Source: Myxococcota bacterium (GTDB lineage: Bacteria > Myxococcota_A > UBA9160 > SZUA-336). From it: a stretch of 64,000 nt of DNA. The stretch lies in assembly GCA_965247115.1 (NCBI GenBank), contig CBDFGR010000003.1:1056001-1120000 (forward strand), read 5' to 3'. Made by a program: the position numbers and the translations under genes. The notes below the pieces were generated by a model, which did not search any database, was not told the DNA's origin, and was given only the letters and a program-made list of their open reading frames with translations. Shown here piece by piece: positions 35,811 to 46,807 of this stretch. Position 1 is the first letter of the stretch. The number at the start of each line of letters is the position of its first letter.

Positions 35811-36430
35811 GACTGGGCCTCCAGGCTCTCGCTGGTCCCGGGTCGCTCATGTCTGGAGATGATGCGATCGACGATGCCGTACTCCACGGCCTCGGCGGCA
35901 GACATGAAGCGGTCTCGCTCGGTGTCCTTCTCGATCACCGCGACGTCCTGCTGGGTGTGCTCGGCCAGGATTCCCGTCATCGCCTCGCGCAGCTTGAGGA
36001 TCTCGTCCGCCTGGATCTGGATGTCGCTGGCCTGGCCCTGGGCCCCACCCCACGGCTGATGGATCATCACCCGGCAGTTCGGCAGCGCTTCGCGCTTGCC
36101 CCTTGCGCCGGCCGCGAGCAGGAGGGCTCCCATGCTCGCCGCCTGACCCATGCAGATCGTGTGCACGTCCGGGTTCACGTACTGCATGACGTCGTAAATC
36201 CCCAGGCCCGCGTTCACGTCTCCACCGGGCGAGTTCACGTAGAGGTAGATGTCCGTCTCGGGATCGTCGTGCTCCAGAAACAGGAGCTGGGCGATTACGA
36301 TGTTCGCGACGTCCTCGTTGATCGGCATCCCCAGCACGATGATGCGATCCCGGAGCAGACGCGAGTAGATGTCGTAGGCGCGCTCGCCTCGGTGCGATTG
36401 CTCGATCACGGTAGGAATGAGGAGCGACAT
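35807..36430 (-). CDS. clpP: ClpP protease subunit
   Basis: DIYSRLL.DRII, YVNSPGG, QAASMG and MIHQP. Confidence 0.98.
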   Translation of the reverse strand: MSLLIPTVIEQSHRGERAYDIYSRLLRDRIIVLGMPINEDVANIVIAQLLFLEHDDPETDIYLYVNSPGGDVNAGLGIYDVMQYVNPDVHTICMGQAASMGALLLAAGARGKREALPNCRVMIHQPWGGAQGQASDIQIQADEILKLREAMTGILAEHTQQDVAVIEKDTERDRFMSAAEAVEYGIVDRIISRHERPGTSESLEAQS

Positions 36431-36514
36431 GGACTTCATTCTAGCGAATCGGACCCGGGGACGGGTCCGGGCCCGTTCCACGGAAGCCGACATTTCCCCT
36501 TAGAAATCAACCTC

Positions 36515-37801
36515 TTATGCATCCGAGAGCCTAGCTTCTGAGACCAGGAATGCAACGACCTTCTCCTCCAGGAGAGCCCCCTCGAGAGCGGGGAGAACCC
36601 CCCCGTCCTTGTAGGCCTTGCGGATCTCGGTGGTGCCACGGTCCTGCTCCTTCGCGATCTCGGCCAGGCGCTCGTCGACCTCTTCCGCTGTGACCTCGAT
36701 CGCCTCGGCCTTGGCGATCTCCGGCACGAGCAGGCCGAGCTGGACGTCGCGCTCCGCGAGTGGGCGCCACTCTTCCCGCCAGCTCTCGATCAGCCCACCG
36801 AGCTGCTCGCGAGGGAGCTGGTTTCCGAGCTGGCCCAGAGCGCGTTGCAGTCTGCTCTGCAGCTGGCGCTCGACCAGGCTCGGTGGCAAGGGGAAGGTGT
36901 TCGCTTCGATGAGCGCATCGACGACCGCCTCCCGCTGCATCTGCTCCAGCTGGCGTTCGCGTCCCTCGTCCACGCGTCTTCGCACGTCGGCTCTGAGCTC
37001 CTCCAGCGTGTCGAGGTCGGACACGTCCTTTGCGAGCTCGTCATCGAGCTCGGGCAGCTCCTTGCGCTGGATGCCCAGCACCTTGACCTCAAAGCGGGCC
37101 AGCTTCCCAGCGAGCTCGTCGCGCTGGTACTCCGCTGGGAACTCCAGCTCGAAGGCGTGCTCCGCGCCGACTGCCAATCCTTGGAGCTGCTCGTCGAAAC
37201 CGGGAATGGCCTGCTCCGAGCCGACGGTGAACGTCGCGCTCTCGCTGCTTCCGCCCTCGAAGGGCTCGCCATCGATCCTGCCCACGAACGAGATGTTGGC
37301 GAGGTGACCCTCCCCCAACACGACTCCAGGCTCCTCCTCGTGGACCTGGGCCTGACTCTCGCGCAGCTCCGCGAGGTGGGCCTCGACGGGATCGGTCTCG
37401 GGCTCGGGGAGTGCGGGGCGAGCAACTTCCAGGCCCCTGTGCTTCACCAGCTCGATCGTCGGCCGGATCTCGACCGTCGCCTCATAGGCGTAGGAAGAGC
37501 CCAGCTTGGGCTGTTCGCCCGGCTCGAGCTGTGGCTCCGAGATCACGTCGAGCTCGGAGTCGGCGAGCGCCTTCATCAGCGAGTCCCGCACGAGCTTCTC
37601 GAGAACCTCGGCCCCCGCGCGGGCGCCAAAATAGCGCTCCAGCACCGAGCGGGGCGCCTTGCCGCGGCGGAACCCCGGGATCCGGGCCGAGCCTCGCAGC
37701 TCCTTGTAGACGTTGTCGAAGGCAGCATCAACGTCCACAGTCGGGATCTCGATCCGGAGCCGCCGCTCGACCGGACCTGTCTCGTCGATGTTGAGATTCA
37801 T
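36515..37801 (-). CDS. tig: Trigger factor
   Basis: IPGFRRGKAP and an FKBP domain (FEGG...IPGF). Synteny with clpP. Confidence 0.96.
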   Translation of the reverse strand: MNLNIDETGPVERRLRIEIPTVDVDAAFDNVYKELRGSARIPGFRRGKAPRSVLERYFGARAGAEVLEKLVRDSLMKALADSELDVISEPQLEPGEQPKLGSSYAYEATVEIRPTIELVKHRGLEVARPALPEPETDPVEAHLAELRESQAQVHEEEPGVVLGEGHLANISFVGRIDGEPFEGGSSESATFTVGSEQAIPGFDEQLQGLAVGAEHAFELEFPAEYQRDELAGKLARFEVKVLGIQRKELPELDDELAKDVSDLDTLEELRADVRRRVDEGRERQLEQMQREAVVDALIEANTFPLPPSLVERQLQSRLQRALGQLGNQLPREQLGGLIESWREEWRPLAERDVQLGLLVPEIAKAEAIEVTAEEVDERLAEIAKEQDRGTTEIRKAYKDGGVLPALEGALLEEKVVAFLVSEARLSDA

Positions 37802-38110
37802 CCGCCCTCCGGCCCAAACGGGCCAGGTTGCCCCTCTAGAGCCATGATAGAGAACGAGCCGACGGGCTCAAAGTGGTGTTCGCGCCGAAGCTAACCTTCG
37901 GCGGCGCTCGCACTTTTCGCTTCCGGTCGGACCTGTCGCTCGTTGACGTCTATTTTGGATGGCCGTCCGATCTCGAGTCTGCGGTAGGGTCGAGGCACCC
38001 TGCAAGCGCCGCATGTGCGGCGCGCGCAGCGAAGGGCGAAGCCCTGAGCGGAGGTGGGTGGCCGCGGCCGCCCGCGGCCGGGTCCCACAAGAACCGGTGG
38101 CCGATCCTCC

Positions 38111-39013
38111 TCAGGCGAGGAGGGCCAGGGCGAGCAGCAGGCCGTAGACCGCGTGCAGCCGCGCAGTCTCGGCGAGGCTGCGCCCGAACTGCTCCGCGCT
38201 TCGGGCCGCGCGCAGATTCCTCGCCGCTAAAATCGCGAGGGGTAGACTCGCCAGGCACAGGACGGCCCCCGCTCCCGCAGCCGTCAGGACCAGGACCCCG
38301 GTCCAGAGCACGGCGATGCCTACGAGAACGGCGTACAGGCGCAGGCTGCGCTCCGGGCCCAGGCGCACCGCCAGCGTCCGCTTGCCAGACGCCGTGTCGC
38401 TCTCGATGTCGCGCAGGTTGTTCACCAGCATGAGGCAGCTGATCAGGGCGCCCACCGGAACGGCCGCGGCGAATGCCGTGCTGGAGAGCCGACCTGTCTG
38501 CAGGTAGGCCGTGCCGGCGACGGCGACGAGCCCGAAGAAGACGAAGGCGGCCAGCTCTCCCAAGCCGAGAGCCGAGAGCGGAAACGGGCCAGCGGAGTAC
38601 GCCACAGCCGCAGCGATCGAGGCCATCCCGACGACGAGGATCGGAAGGCCCCCCAGCACCGTGAGATAGACGCCGCACAGGCTAGCCAGGCCGAACGCGC
38701 CGCCCGCGGCGGTGAGGACCGCTCGATAGGAGAGCAGACCCGCCTGCGTGACACGGGTCGGACCCATCCTGCGCTCGCTGTCGATCCCTCGCGCGAAGTC
38801 CAGCGCATCGTTCGCGAGGTTCGTGCCTGCTTGCAGCAACATCGCGGCCAGCAAACACACAAGGGTGACACTCGCTCGATGGGCGCCCTCCGCGTACCCG
38901 ACCGCACTGCCGACAAGTACCGGCACGGCCGAGCCTCCAAGGGTCCTGGGACGCACCGCCAGAACCCAGTGCCCCAATACCCGGCGGGCGGGAGCGAGGC
39001 ACCCGGAGCTCAA
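38111..39013 (-). CDS. menA: 1,4-dihydroxy-2-naphthoate octaprenyltransferase
   Basis: RPRTL, NLAND..D...GID and NNLRD...D...[13 protein letters not shown] start overlaps the menB stop. Confidence 0.92.
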   Translation of the reverse strand: MSSGCLAPARRVLGHWVLAVRPRTLGGSAVPVLVGSAVGYAEGAHRASVTLVCLLAAMLLQAGTNLANDALDFARGIDSERRMGPTRVTQAGLLSYRAVLTAAGGAFGLASLCGVYLTVLGGLPILVVGMASIAAAVAYSAGPFPLSALGLGELAAFVFFGLVAVAGTAYLQTGRLSSTAFAAAVPVGALISCLMLVNNLRDIESDTASGKRTLAVRLGPERSLRLYAVLVGIAVLWTGVLVLTAAGAGAVLCLASLPLAILAARNLRAARSAEQFGRSLAETARLHAVYGLLLALALLA

Positions 39014-39831
39014 GGGAGCCGCGGATAGGCGGAGAAGTCGGGCCGCCGCTTCTCCATGAACGCGTCGCGACCCTCCTTTGCCTCGTCGCACATGTAGTAG
39101 AGGAGTGTCGCGTCCCCGGCGAGCACCTGCAGGCCCGCCTGGCCATCGCAGTCCGCGTTGAGGGCCGACTTTAGCAGCCGGATCGCGAGCGGGCTGTTCG
39201 CCAGGATCTCGCGGGACCACGCCACGGTTTCGCTCTCGAGCTGATCGAGGGGTACCACGGCGTTGACCAGCCCCATGTCGAGAGCCTCCTGCGCGCCGTA
39301 CTGGCGGCACAGAAACCAGATCTCCCGGGCCTTCTTCTGACCCACGATCCGCGCCATGTAGGAAGCGCCCCAACCGCCGTCGAAGCTGCCGACACGCGGC
39401 CCCGTCTGACCGAAGCGCGCGTTGGTCGCAGCGATGGTCAGGTCGCAGAGCATGTGCAGAACGTGACCTCCGCCAATCGCGTAGCCCGCAACCATCGCGA
39501 TGACAGGCTTGGGCAGAGCGCGGATCTCGCGCTGAAGGTCCAGCACGTTCAGCCGCGGCACGCCTCCCGAGTCTACGTACCCGCCGTGGCCGCGGATGCT
39601 CTGATCTCCACCAGAGCAGAAGGCCAGATCACCCTCCCCGGTCAGGATCACCACGCCAACCTCGGCGTCCTCTCTCGCGTCCTGAAAAGCCTGGCGCAGC
39701 TCGAAGACGGTCTCCGGGCGAAAGGCGTTTCTCACCTCGGGTCGGTTGATCGTAACCTTGGCTATGCCGTCGCCCGACTTCTCGTAGCGGATATCATCGA
39801 AGTGACCTGACCCCTTCCATTCGACCATCAT
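39010..39831 (-). CDS. menB: 1,4-dihydroxy-2-naphthoyl-CoA synthase
   Basis: [15 protein letters not shown] and [13 protein letters not shown]. Confidence 0.97.
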   Translation of the reverse strand: MMVEWKGSGHFDDIRYEKSGDGIAKVTINRPEVRNAFRPETVFELRQAFQDAREDAEVGVVILTGEGDLAFCSGGDQSIRGHGGYVDSGGVPRLNVLDLQREIRALPKPVIAMVAGYAIGGGHVLHMLCDLTIAATNARFGQTGPRVGSFDGGWGASYMARIVGQKKAREIWFLCRQYGAQEALDMGLVNAVVPLDQLESETVAWSREILANSPLAIRLLKSALNADCDGQAGLQVLAGDATLLYYMCDEAKEGRDAFMEKRRPDFSAYPRLP

Positions 39832-39851
39832 CGTCGCTCTCCTTCTGTGGT

Positions 39852-40544
39852 TCAGACTCGCTCTGCCGACAGGAGCTGGATCGCCCCGAGCATGCGGCTC
39901 GTCTTGCCGACTCGGGTGAAGCCCGCACGCTCCAGGTGCGAGATCAGCTGCTGCTCCGAAGGCAGGTAGTGCATCGACGCCGGCAGGTAGCGGTATGCAG
40001 GTCCGTCGGAGAGCCAGGCTCCGATGCGGGGCACGATGCGCCGCAGGTGGAGCTCGTGGCCCCAGCGGAGCAAACCAGGGGGAGGCTGATCGAACTCGAC
40101 GAAGCCCACCCGCCCGGCCCTGACCAGTACCCGCGCGCACTCGCGAAAGACCGCGTCCAGGTTCTGGAAATTGCGCAATGCAAAGCCGCAGGTCACCACG
40201 TCGGCACAGGCATCCGGAAGGGGGAGCAGCGCAGCATCCGCCTGAACCCGCCACGCCCCTTCACCCCGCGGGCGCGCGGCACGCAGCATTCCGAGCGCGA
40301 AATCCACCGCGACTACCCTCGCCCCCCTGGCGCGGGCGAGCTCCGCCAGGTCTCCTGTTCCGCTGGCCACGTCGACGACGAGAGAGCCCGGCCCGATCCC
40401 CGACGCTTCGACGACCTCGGACCGCCAGCTCCGATCCATGCCAAGAGACATGAGGCGATTCAAGAGATCGTAGCGCGGCGCGATGCGGTCGAACATGGCA
40501 CGCACGAACCCGGGTTTCTCTTCTGCCGGGGGAAGCTCGGTCAC
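39852..40544 (-). CDS. menG: Demethylmenaquinone methyltransferase
   Basis: [20 protein letters not shown] and FALRN. Lies in the men operon. Confidence 0.88.
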   Translation of the reverse strand: MTELPPAEEKPGFVRAMFDRIAPRYDLLNRLMSLGMDRSWRSEVVEASGIGPGSLVVDVASGTGDLAELARARGARVVAVDFALGMLRAARPRGEGAWRVQADAALLPLPDACADVVTCGFALRNFQNLDAVFRECARVLVRAGRVGFVEFDQPPPGLLRWGHELHLRRIVPRIGAWLSDGPAYRYLPASMHYLPSEQQLISHLERAGFTRVGKTSRMLGAIQLLSAERV

Positions 40545-40652
40545 GGGTTCAGTCGGCGTAGCAGGTCTCCTCTTCGCTCAGGGCCAGCATACACGCCGCC
40601 TCCGGTATGATGAGAGTCTCGGGCCACGCGCCGCCCGCAGTGGAGGAGGAAC

Positions 40653-41567
40653 ATGGCAGAGGACTACACGTCGCTCATGGCAGAGGCCGCGGCAGCGGCA
40701 GGACTCGAGCCACCTGCCATCGTCGCGCCGAAGGATCACTACGTCGAGCTCAACGCACTCCGCTTTCACTACCTGGACTGGGGAAATGAGCACCTGCCGC
40801 ACGTTGTGCTGCTGCACGGGGGGTCCCTCACCGCCCACACATGGGACATGGCCGCGCTACTCCTGCGCGATCGCTACCATTTGGTCGCCCTCGATCAACG
40901 CGGGCATGGCGACACAAGCTGGACGTCGGCGCAGCGGCTCGGCGAAAACGGCTCGGATCTCATGTTGGAGGACACGCGCCAGTTCATCGAGCAGCTCGGC
41001 TACGAGCGGCTCTCCCTGGTCGGAATGTCCATGGGAGGGATGAACACGATCCGCTATGCAGCGCGCTATCCCGGGCAACTTGCGGCCGTGGGCATCGTAG
41101 ACGTTGGCCCCGAGACGATGCGCGCCGGGCAGATCGAGATGGAGCAGTTTCGCCACGCCACAGAGACGCTGGAGCGCTTTGACGACTTCCTGGATCGGGC
41201 CATCAAGTTCATGCCGCACCGTCCCCCGTCCCACCTTCGCTACAGCCTGACGCACAGTCTCAAGCAGACTGCGGATGGTCGCTACACCTGGAAGCAGGAT
41301 CGCCGGCCGCGCCCCTCCGGGGTCACGGACGATGCGGCGGCCCGTACCGATGCGCTGTGGGACGACGTGCGAGCGATCCAGCAGCCGACCCTCTTGTTTC
41401 GCGGTGCGGAGAGCAAGATTCTCGCGCAAGACGCGGCGGAGCGAATGGTGAAGGCCATGCACTCCGCACGCCTCGTTGTGATCCCGCGAGCCACGCACAA
41501 CGTACACAGCGACAACCCTGCCGATTTCTCGCGCGAGCTGGACCGTTTCCTCAGCGACGTCCTGTAG
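40653..41567 (+). CDS. Alpha/beta hydrolase
   Basis: LLHGG, DQRGHG, GMSMGG and HNVH. Confidence 0.9.
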   Translation: MAEDYTSLMAEAAAAAGLEPPAIVAPKDHYVELNALRFHYLDWGNEHLPHVVLLHGGSLTAHTWDMAALLLRDRYHLVALDQRGHGDTSWTSAQRLGENGSDLMLEDTRQFIEQLGYERLSLVGMSMGGMNTIRYAARYPGQLAAVGIVDVGPETMRAGQIEMEQFRHATETLERFDDFLDRAIKFMPHRPPSHLRYSLTHSLKQTADGRYTWKQDRRPRPSGVTDDAAARTDALWDDVRAIQQPTLLFRGAESKILAQDAAERMVKAMHSARLVVIPRATHNVHSDNPADFSRELDRFLSDVL

Positions 41568-41576
41568 GGAATCGCT

Positions 41577-43895
41577 GTGAGCGCTTCGGAGACGGCGGCC
41601 TTCGATGGGCTCCGCGTCCTCGACTTTAGCCAGGGGATCCCCGGGCCCATGGCCTGCATGCTGCTGGCCGACCTGGGAGCCGAGGTCATCAAGGTCGAGA
41701 CGCCGTCCGGGGATCGACTCCGTTCGCATCCGGGCTACCTGTGCTGGAACCGCAACAAGCTGCGCGTCGAGATCGACCTGGAGACGGGTGCTGGACTGCA
41801 GCGGGCCCTGGAGCTCCTCGCGAGCGCGGACGTCGCCGTTTTCGACGATCCCCCCGCCGGATTGGAGGCGCACACCGTGTGCGCGCAACAGCCCGGGCTG
41901 CTCTACGCCGCCCTGCCGCCCTACGGACATACACGATCTGGTGTGGATCTGCCGCCCGATCATGCACTGCTCACGGCTCTCTGCGGGGTCGCCTTCCAGC
42001 AGTTCAGCTGGGAGGATGTCCCCGTCTACCTGGTCACACCGCAACTCGGCTACGCGCACGCGCTGGTCGCGGCGGTCGCGCTCGCGGCCGGCGTGATCGA
42101 GCGAGCCGGGACCGGCCTGGGACAGGTGCTCACGGTGAGCGGCCTGGACGGAGTCGCTGCGGCGACCAGCGGGAGCATGCTGCACGCCGAAGGCGTGCCC
42201 CACCGGCAGCGCAGCCGAGGTGCCAGGGGCGGAGTCCCGAACTATCGGCTCTATCGCTGCGCCGACGGAGAGTGGCTCTTCCTCGGTACGCTGCTCTTCG
42301 CGCACTTCGTGAGGGCGCTGAAAGCCATGGACCTGCTCGACATCATGGTCATGGAGGGCGTGGAGGGCGAGTTCGCAAACGTGATGAAGCCTGGCGTGGC
42401 CGGACGAGTTGCGGCTCTATTCGAAGCCCGCTTCGCGGAGAAGGATCGCGAGGAGTGGCTTGGCATCCTGCACGAGCACGGTGTGCCGAGGGGCCCGGTC
42501 GGAACCAGGGCCGAGTGGTTCGCAGGCGAGACCGTTGCCGCAAACGAGATGCGCATATCGCTTCACCACGCCGAGCTCGGACGCGTCGACGTCCCCGGAG
42601 TGCCCGTCAAGCTGAGCGAGAGTCCGGGCCGGGTCCGTCACCTCATGCAGACTGTGCCGGTGGACGCGCTCGCGCCGCGTGAGCCCGCCCGGCTCGGCAA
42701 CGCCCCCGCACGCCCCGGAGGTCCGCTCGCCGGAGTGAGGGCGCTGGATCTCGGCGCGATCATTGCCGGGCCCTTCGCGACGACCGTACTCGCGAACTTC
42801 GGCGCGGACGTCATCAAGGTCGAGCCCCCCCCAGGGGATGCGCTCCGAGCCTACGGGCCGGGCTTCGTCGGCTTCAATCAGGGCAAGCGCAGCCTGGTTC
42901 TCGACCTGAAGCGCCCTGAGGGGCTCGAGGTCTTCTATGAGCTTGTTCGGCAGGCCGATGTGGTCTGCGACAACTACCGCCACGGCGTGCTGGAGCGCTT
43001 GCGGATCGACTACGACACCTTGAGCCGGATCAACCCGCGCATCATCTCCACCTCGGTGACCGGTTACGGACCCGTGGGTATACTCTCCCGCGACCCGGGC
43101 TTCGATCCGATCACGCAGGCGCGCAGTGGCCTCATGGCAGCACAGGGCGGGAACGATGAGCCCGTCTTCCACACCATCGCGGTCAACGACAACACGAGCG
43201 CGTTGGTCGCGGCGTTCGGAATCCTCGCAGCGCTCCACGCGCGTGATACGACCGGGCGCGGCCAGCGGGTGGAGACGTGCCTTGCGAACCAGGGTGTCCT
43301 GTCCCAGTCCGGCGAGCTCACCTGGTACGAGGGCCGACCTCCGGCGCCGCTCGGCGACCGCGACTGTCTTGGAGTGGGCGCGCTGCAGCGCTTTTACCCT
43401 TGCCGCGACGGTTGGCTCGTGGTCGCGTGCACGGAAGGCTCGCACTTCCGTGGACTCTGCGCGGCGCTCGAGCACCCGGACTGGCTCGGGCGCTGGTCGG
43501 CCGAGGCCGCACTCGACGAGCCCCGCGACGGGGCATTGGCCGCTCTGATCTCCGACACGCTGAAGCAGCTCCACTCCGCCGAGGCGCTCGAGCGCTTGTT
43601 GGCCCAGCGTGTGCCCGCGGCACCTGCCACGAGAGACGAGGACGTGTTCTCGAACTCCTTCTTCCTCGACAACGACTTCTTCTGGGAGACACACCACCCG
43701 ACGCACGGCCCGATGCTGAGCGTGCGGCGCTACGCGGGCTGGAGCCGCACCCAGGCGGGCTTTGCCCGACGCGCCCCGGAGCTCGGCGAGCACAGCGAGG
43801 AGGTCCTGAAGGAGGCCGGGTTGGCGGAGGAGCGTATCGCAGCGCTGATCGACGCCGGGATCGTCGGCGCCCAGGCGCGTAGCGACCCCAGATGA
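41577..43895 (+). CDS. Tandem-domain family III (CaiB/BaiF) CoA transferase
   Basis: Two copies of RxLD...GP...LAxxGAxVIKVE and the terminal APELGEH. Confidence 0.9.
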   Translation: MSASETAAFDGLRVLDFSQGIPGPMACMLLADLGAEVIKVETPSGDRLRSHPGYLCWNRNKLRVEIDLETGAGLQRALELLASADVAVFDDPPAGLEAHTVCAQQPGLLYAALPPYGHTRSGVDLPPDHALLTALCGVAFQQFSWEDVPVYLVTPQLGYAHALVAAVALAAGVIERAGTGLGQVLTVSGLDGVAAATSGSMLHAEGVPHRQRSRGARGGVPNYRLYRCADGEWLFLGTLLFAHFVRALKAMDLLDIMVMEGVEGEFANVMKPGVAGRVAALFEARFAEKDREEWLGILHEHGVPRGPVGTRAEWFAGETVAANEMRISLHHAELGRVDVPGVPVKLSESPGRVRHLMQTVPVDALAPREPARLGNAPARPGGPLAGVRALDLGAIIAGPFATTVLANFGADVIKVEPPPGDALRAYGPGFVGFNQGKRSLVLDLKRPEGLEVFYELVRQADVVCDNYRHGVLERLRIDYDTLSRINPRIISTSVTGYGPVGILSRDPGFDPITQARSGLMAAQGGNDEPVFHTIAVNDNTSALVAAFGILAALHARDTTGRGQRVETCLANQGVLSQSGELTWYEGRPPAPLGDRDCLGVGALQRFYPCRDGWLVVACTEGSHFRGLCAALEHPDWLGRWSAEAALDEPRDGALAALISDTLKQLHSAEALERLLAQRVPAAPATRDEDVFSNSFFLDNDFFWETHHPTHGPMLSVRRYAGWSRTQAGFARRAPELGEHSEEVLKEAGLAEERIAALIDAGIVGAQARSDPR

Positions 43896-43929
43896 GCTTG
43901 GATAGAGTCCGAATAGGGGGGGAGCAAGA

Positions 43930-44115
43930 ATGAAGACACGTCTGCTAGCGCTTCTGGTCCTGATCGCGGGGGCCACGGGCTGCTTCGCGACCAAGCTCGT
44001 ATCGGTCCCTATGCGTGTGACCGGCGCCGTGATCTCCGTGATACCAGTTGCGGGCAACACGGCCCACGACGCGATCGACTCGGCGGCCGACATCGTCGAC
44101 GAGGTCCCGATCTAG
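43930..44115 (+). CDS. Small lipoprotein
   Basis: Lipobox ATGC; KLVSVPMRVTGAVIS.IP..G...HDAID. Good RBS. Confidence 0.75.
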   Translation: MKTRLLALLVLIAGATGCFATKLVSVPMRVTGAVISVIPVAGNTAHDAIDSAADIVDEVPI

Positions 44116-44135
44116 TCGCTCGCGAGCCGGCCCTG

Positions 44136-44552
44136 CTAGCGGTCGGGAAGCGCGTCCTCGCCCACGTAGCCCGGGTCGTCGTCGTAGAGGGTTACCGTCA
44201 GCGGGAGCTGGTGACCTCCGACAGTCCACTCCCAGCGTCGTGGGCGCTCCGACACCAGGGGTGCGGTAATCAGATCGCCCATCCCCCTGTAGAACCGGAT
44301 CTGGCCCTTCACGAAGCCCACCGGAAGCCCGAGGGCCGCGCCGAGCGTTGCGGGGACGTCATGCCGATGAAAGTCGATCCCGTGCGTTACCGGAGTCACG
44401 ATCAGCTCCATGGGCGAGTACAGGACGTCTCCGACGGCGTAGATGATCTTGACGGTCACTCGCTTCAGATAGGATCCGGGACCAGCGTGTGCGTCGAGCG
44501 GCAGCGTCCACGTCAGGCCTACGATCGTCATCGCCAACAGCAGTCGTCTCAT
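44136..44552 (-). CDS. Exported hypothetical protein
   Basis: Signal peptide ending AHA; purine-rich RBS. Confidence 0.6.
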   Translation of the reverse strand: MRRLLLAMTIVGLTWTLPLDAHAGPGSYLKRVTVKIIYAVGDVLYSPMELIVTPVTHGIDFHRHDVPATLGAALGLPVGFVKGQIRFYRGMGDLITAPLVSERPRRWEWTVGGHQLPLTVTLYDDDPGYVGEDALPDR

Positions 44553-45274
44553 GTCGCTTCCTCTCCAGTCCCCTCCGAGCTTGGACCATGGCTCCATGCT
44601 TGGATCATTGCTCATCGGCGCCCGACAACCGGGACTGTACGCGCTGGCGAGAACGTCAGTCCTTGTCGTCAACTGGTCGCAAGACGATCGCGGAGCAAGT
44701 GCCGCAGGCGCCGCCAGGATGTGGAGCAGAACGGCAAGGCTCTACGGAAGATGGACGACGGCCGGCTGCAGAGGGCCGGGAAACAACGAAATTCTCCCTT
44801 TTCTTGCTGCAGTGGTGGACATTCTGCCTCAAGTAGGATAGCTAGCGGTGTGGCCCGCCACTCGGCTGCGCCTCGGACCCCCGGGTCGCGTGCCTCCCGG
44901 GGGCCTAGTCCGGCACGCCCCGTGCATCAGAATCGGGCATCCAGCTGGGTGGCAGCGAGAGAGGCGCTCCGCTCCGCGGAGAAGGAGTTTACTTCCACTA
45001 GACGGGTGAATATTTCTCCGGGGTGGGCGTCTGACCGGTGGCCCAATCCCCGGAGGGTTCGGCAGGCGCACAAAGCCGCGTCGGCCGAACGGCTTGTCAT
45101 CCCGCGCAAATGCGTGGGACCAGCCCGTCGCGGCTCTCACTCCCGGGCCGTGACCCACACAAAGCAGCGAGAAGACAATGCGCGCGTGCACCTCTCACGC
45201 GCTCGAGGGGACCTGGCGGTTCCCGGCTACGAAAAGCCGGGCCCCGTCTCGAGGGCCCAGGAGGACTGGAGGGG

Positions 45275-46807
45275 ATGACCCTGAACGCAGCCTCGAGTGA
45301 ACTCGAGAAATGGAATTCGAACGCGCCCGATCTGGGATCGGACACGGACTCTGAGGCCGTGCGTCTGCCCCTGGGAGTAAAGCTGCCGGAGGCGCAGCCC
45401 CGGACCAAGCCGACGAACGAGCTTCACGATCGCGACCCGCTGGTCTCGTACTTCGGGGACATCGGGGGGATTCCGACCCTGCAGAGGGAGCACGAGATCA
45501 TCCTGGCCAAGGAGATCGAGTCAGCCACTCACGACTTCCGTTTGGCGATCCTCTCGATCCCATGGACTGCGGAAGAGACGGTCCGGACCTGGCGCGGTCT
45601 GCTGGACCAGAGTCGCGTCACGGGCAAGATCTCCGAGTCCTTCAACAGCAGCGCTCCGGCTGCCGAGGATCTCGGCGAGCGCGTGGACACGAGCCTGGCC
45701 AAGGTAGAGCGCCTGCTCGCGAGGCGGGAGAAGCTGGTGAGCGAGGCCCGCCCGCCCATTGCGAAGCTGCAGCGTCTCGATCAGCGCATGGCGCGGCTCC
45801 TCGGAGACATCGATCTCTCCCTTCGGCTTCTCGAGCGCATTCGCACCGCTCTGCTCGAGCGGCGCGACAGCCTCGTGCACGCCCTGGCGCAGCGTGAATC
45901 CCTCAGCGCGAAGCGCCGCGCACCCCGCAGCGAGCGGGGCCGCGCACGGCGGCGCGCCGAGTTGAGCGAGCTCGAGAGGCGACTGGCTGCCCTCGAGGCC
46001 GACGTCGGGGTACCGGCGAGCGTGTACCTGGAGCGCCTTCGGGCGATGGAGGACGCCTGGGATCGCCTGACAGTGTTCAAGAATCGCTTCGTCCAGCACA
46101 ACCTCAAGCTCGTCATCACGCTGGCGAAGGACTTCCGGAACATGGGGATCCCCTTCCAGGATCTGATCCAAGAGGGGAACATCGGCCTGATGCGCGCGGT
46201 GGAGAAGTTCGATCATCGGCGCGGGTTCAAGTTCTCCACGTACGCAGTTTGGTGGATTCGTCAGGCGCTGGTGCGGACCATCCAGAACCACTCGCGCACC
46301 ATCCGCATCCCGAGCCACCTGCACGACACTCTTCGCAAGTACCACCGAGCCCGAAACGACCTCGAGCGGGAGCTCGGCCGGGAGCCTAGCCCTCCCGAGC
46401 TGGCCCGCTTCATGGAGCTGGACGAGGAACGGGTAGAGCAGCTCGAGGGAATCGTGCGCGAGCCGGTGAGCCTGGAGAAGGCGGTACCCGGCACCGACTC
46501 GAAGAAGCTGCAGGACACGGTCCGAGATCCGGATCCGGTCTCCCCGCTCAGGGGGATGGATCACTCTCGCCTCGAGCACGCGATGCAGGAGTCCATCCAG
46601 ACACTCTGCGAGCGTGAACGCGACATCCTCCGCTGGCGCTTCGGGCTGGACGGGGGCCGCGAGCACACGCTCGAGGAGATCGGTCAGAAGCTCGGGCTAT
46701 CCAGAGAGCGCGTGCGCCAGCTGGAGGCACGGGCGCTGGAGCAGCTGCGCAGCGGCGAGACGCACTCCCGCCTCGAGCCCTTTGTCGCGGAGCACCAGGA
46801 CCTCTAG
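45275..46807 (+). CDS. RpoD/SigA-like sigma-70 factor
   Basis: Region 1.2 DPL.SYF, NLKLV, DLIQEGNIGLMRAVEKFD, FSTYA.WWIRQ and TLEEIG..LGLSRERVRQLE. Confidence 0.92.
   Translation: MTLNAASSELEKWNSNAPDLGSDTDSEAVRLPLGVKLPEAQPRTKPTNELHDRDPLVSYFGDIGGIPTLQREHEIILAKEIESATHDFRLAILSIPWTAEETVRTWRGLLDQSRVTGKISESFNSSAPAAEDLGERVDTSLAKVERLLARREKLVSEARPPIAKLQRLDQRMARLLGDIDLSLRLLERIRTALLERRDSLVHALAQRESLSAKRRAPRSERGRARRRAELSELERRLAALEADVGVPASVYLERLRAMEDAWDRLTVFKNRFVQHNLKLVITLAKDFRNMGIPFQDLIQEGNIGLMRAVEKFDHRRGFKFSTYAVWWIRQALVRTIQNHSRTIRIPSHLHDTLRKYHRARNDLERELGREPSPPELARFMELDEERVEQLEGIVREPVSLEKAVPGTDSKKLQDTVRDPDPVSPLRGMDHSRLEHAMQESIQTLCERERDILRWRFGLDGGREHTLEEIGQKLGLSRERVRQLEARALEQLRSGETHSRLEPFVAEHQDL

Noticed and set aside
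37870..37960. Possible tRNA-Leu upstream of tig
   Set aside because: Only a simple hairpin (gccgaag-ctaac-cttcggc), probably the men operon terminator. No T-loop or cloverleaf.
40653..41567. menH assignment for the alpha/beta hydrolase
   Set aside because: It is divergent from the men genes, coupled to the CoA transferase, and has no MenH-specific features I can recognise.
42417..44093. 558-aa minus-strand ORF
   Set aside because: Antisense shadow of the CoA transferase.
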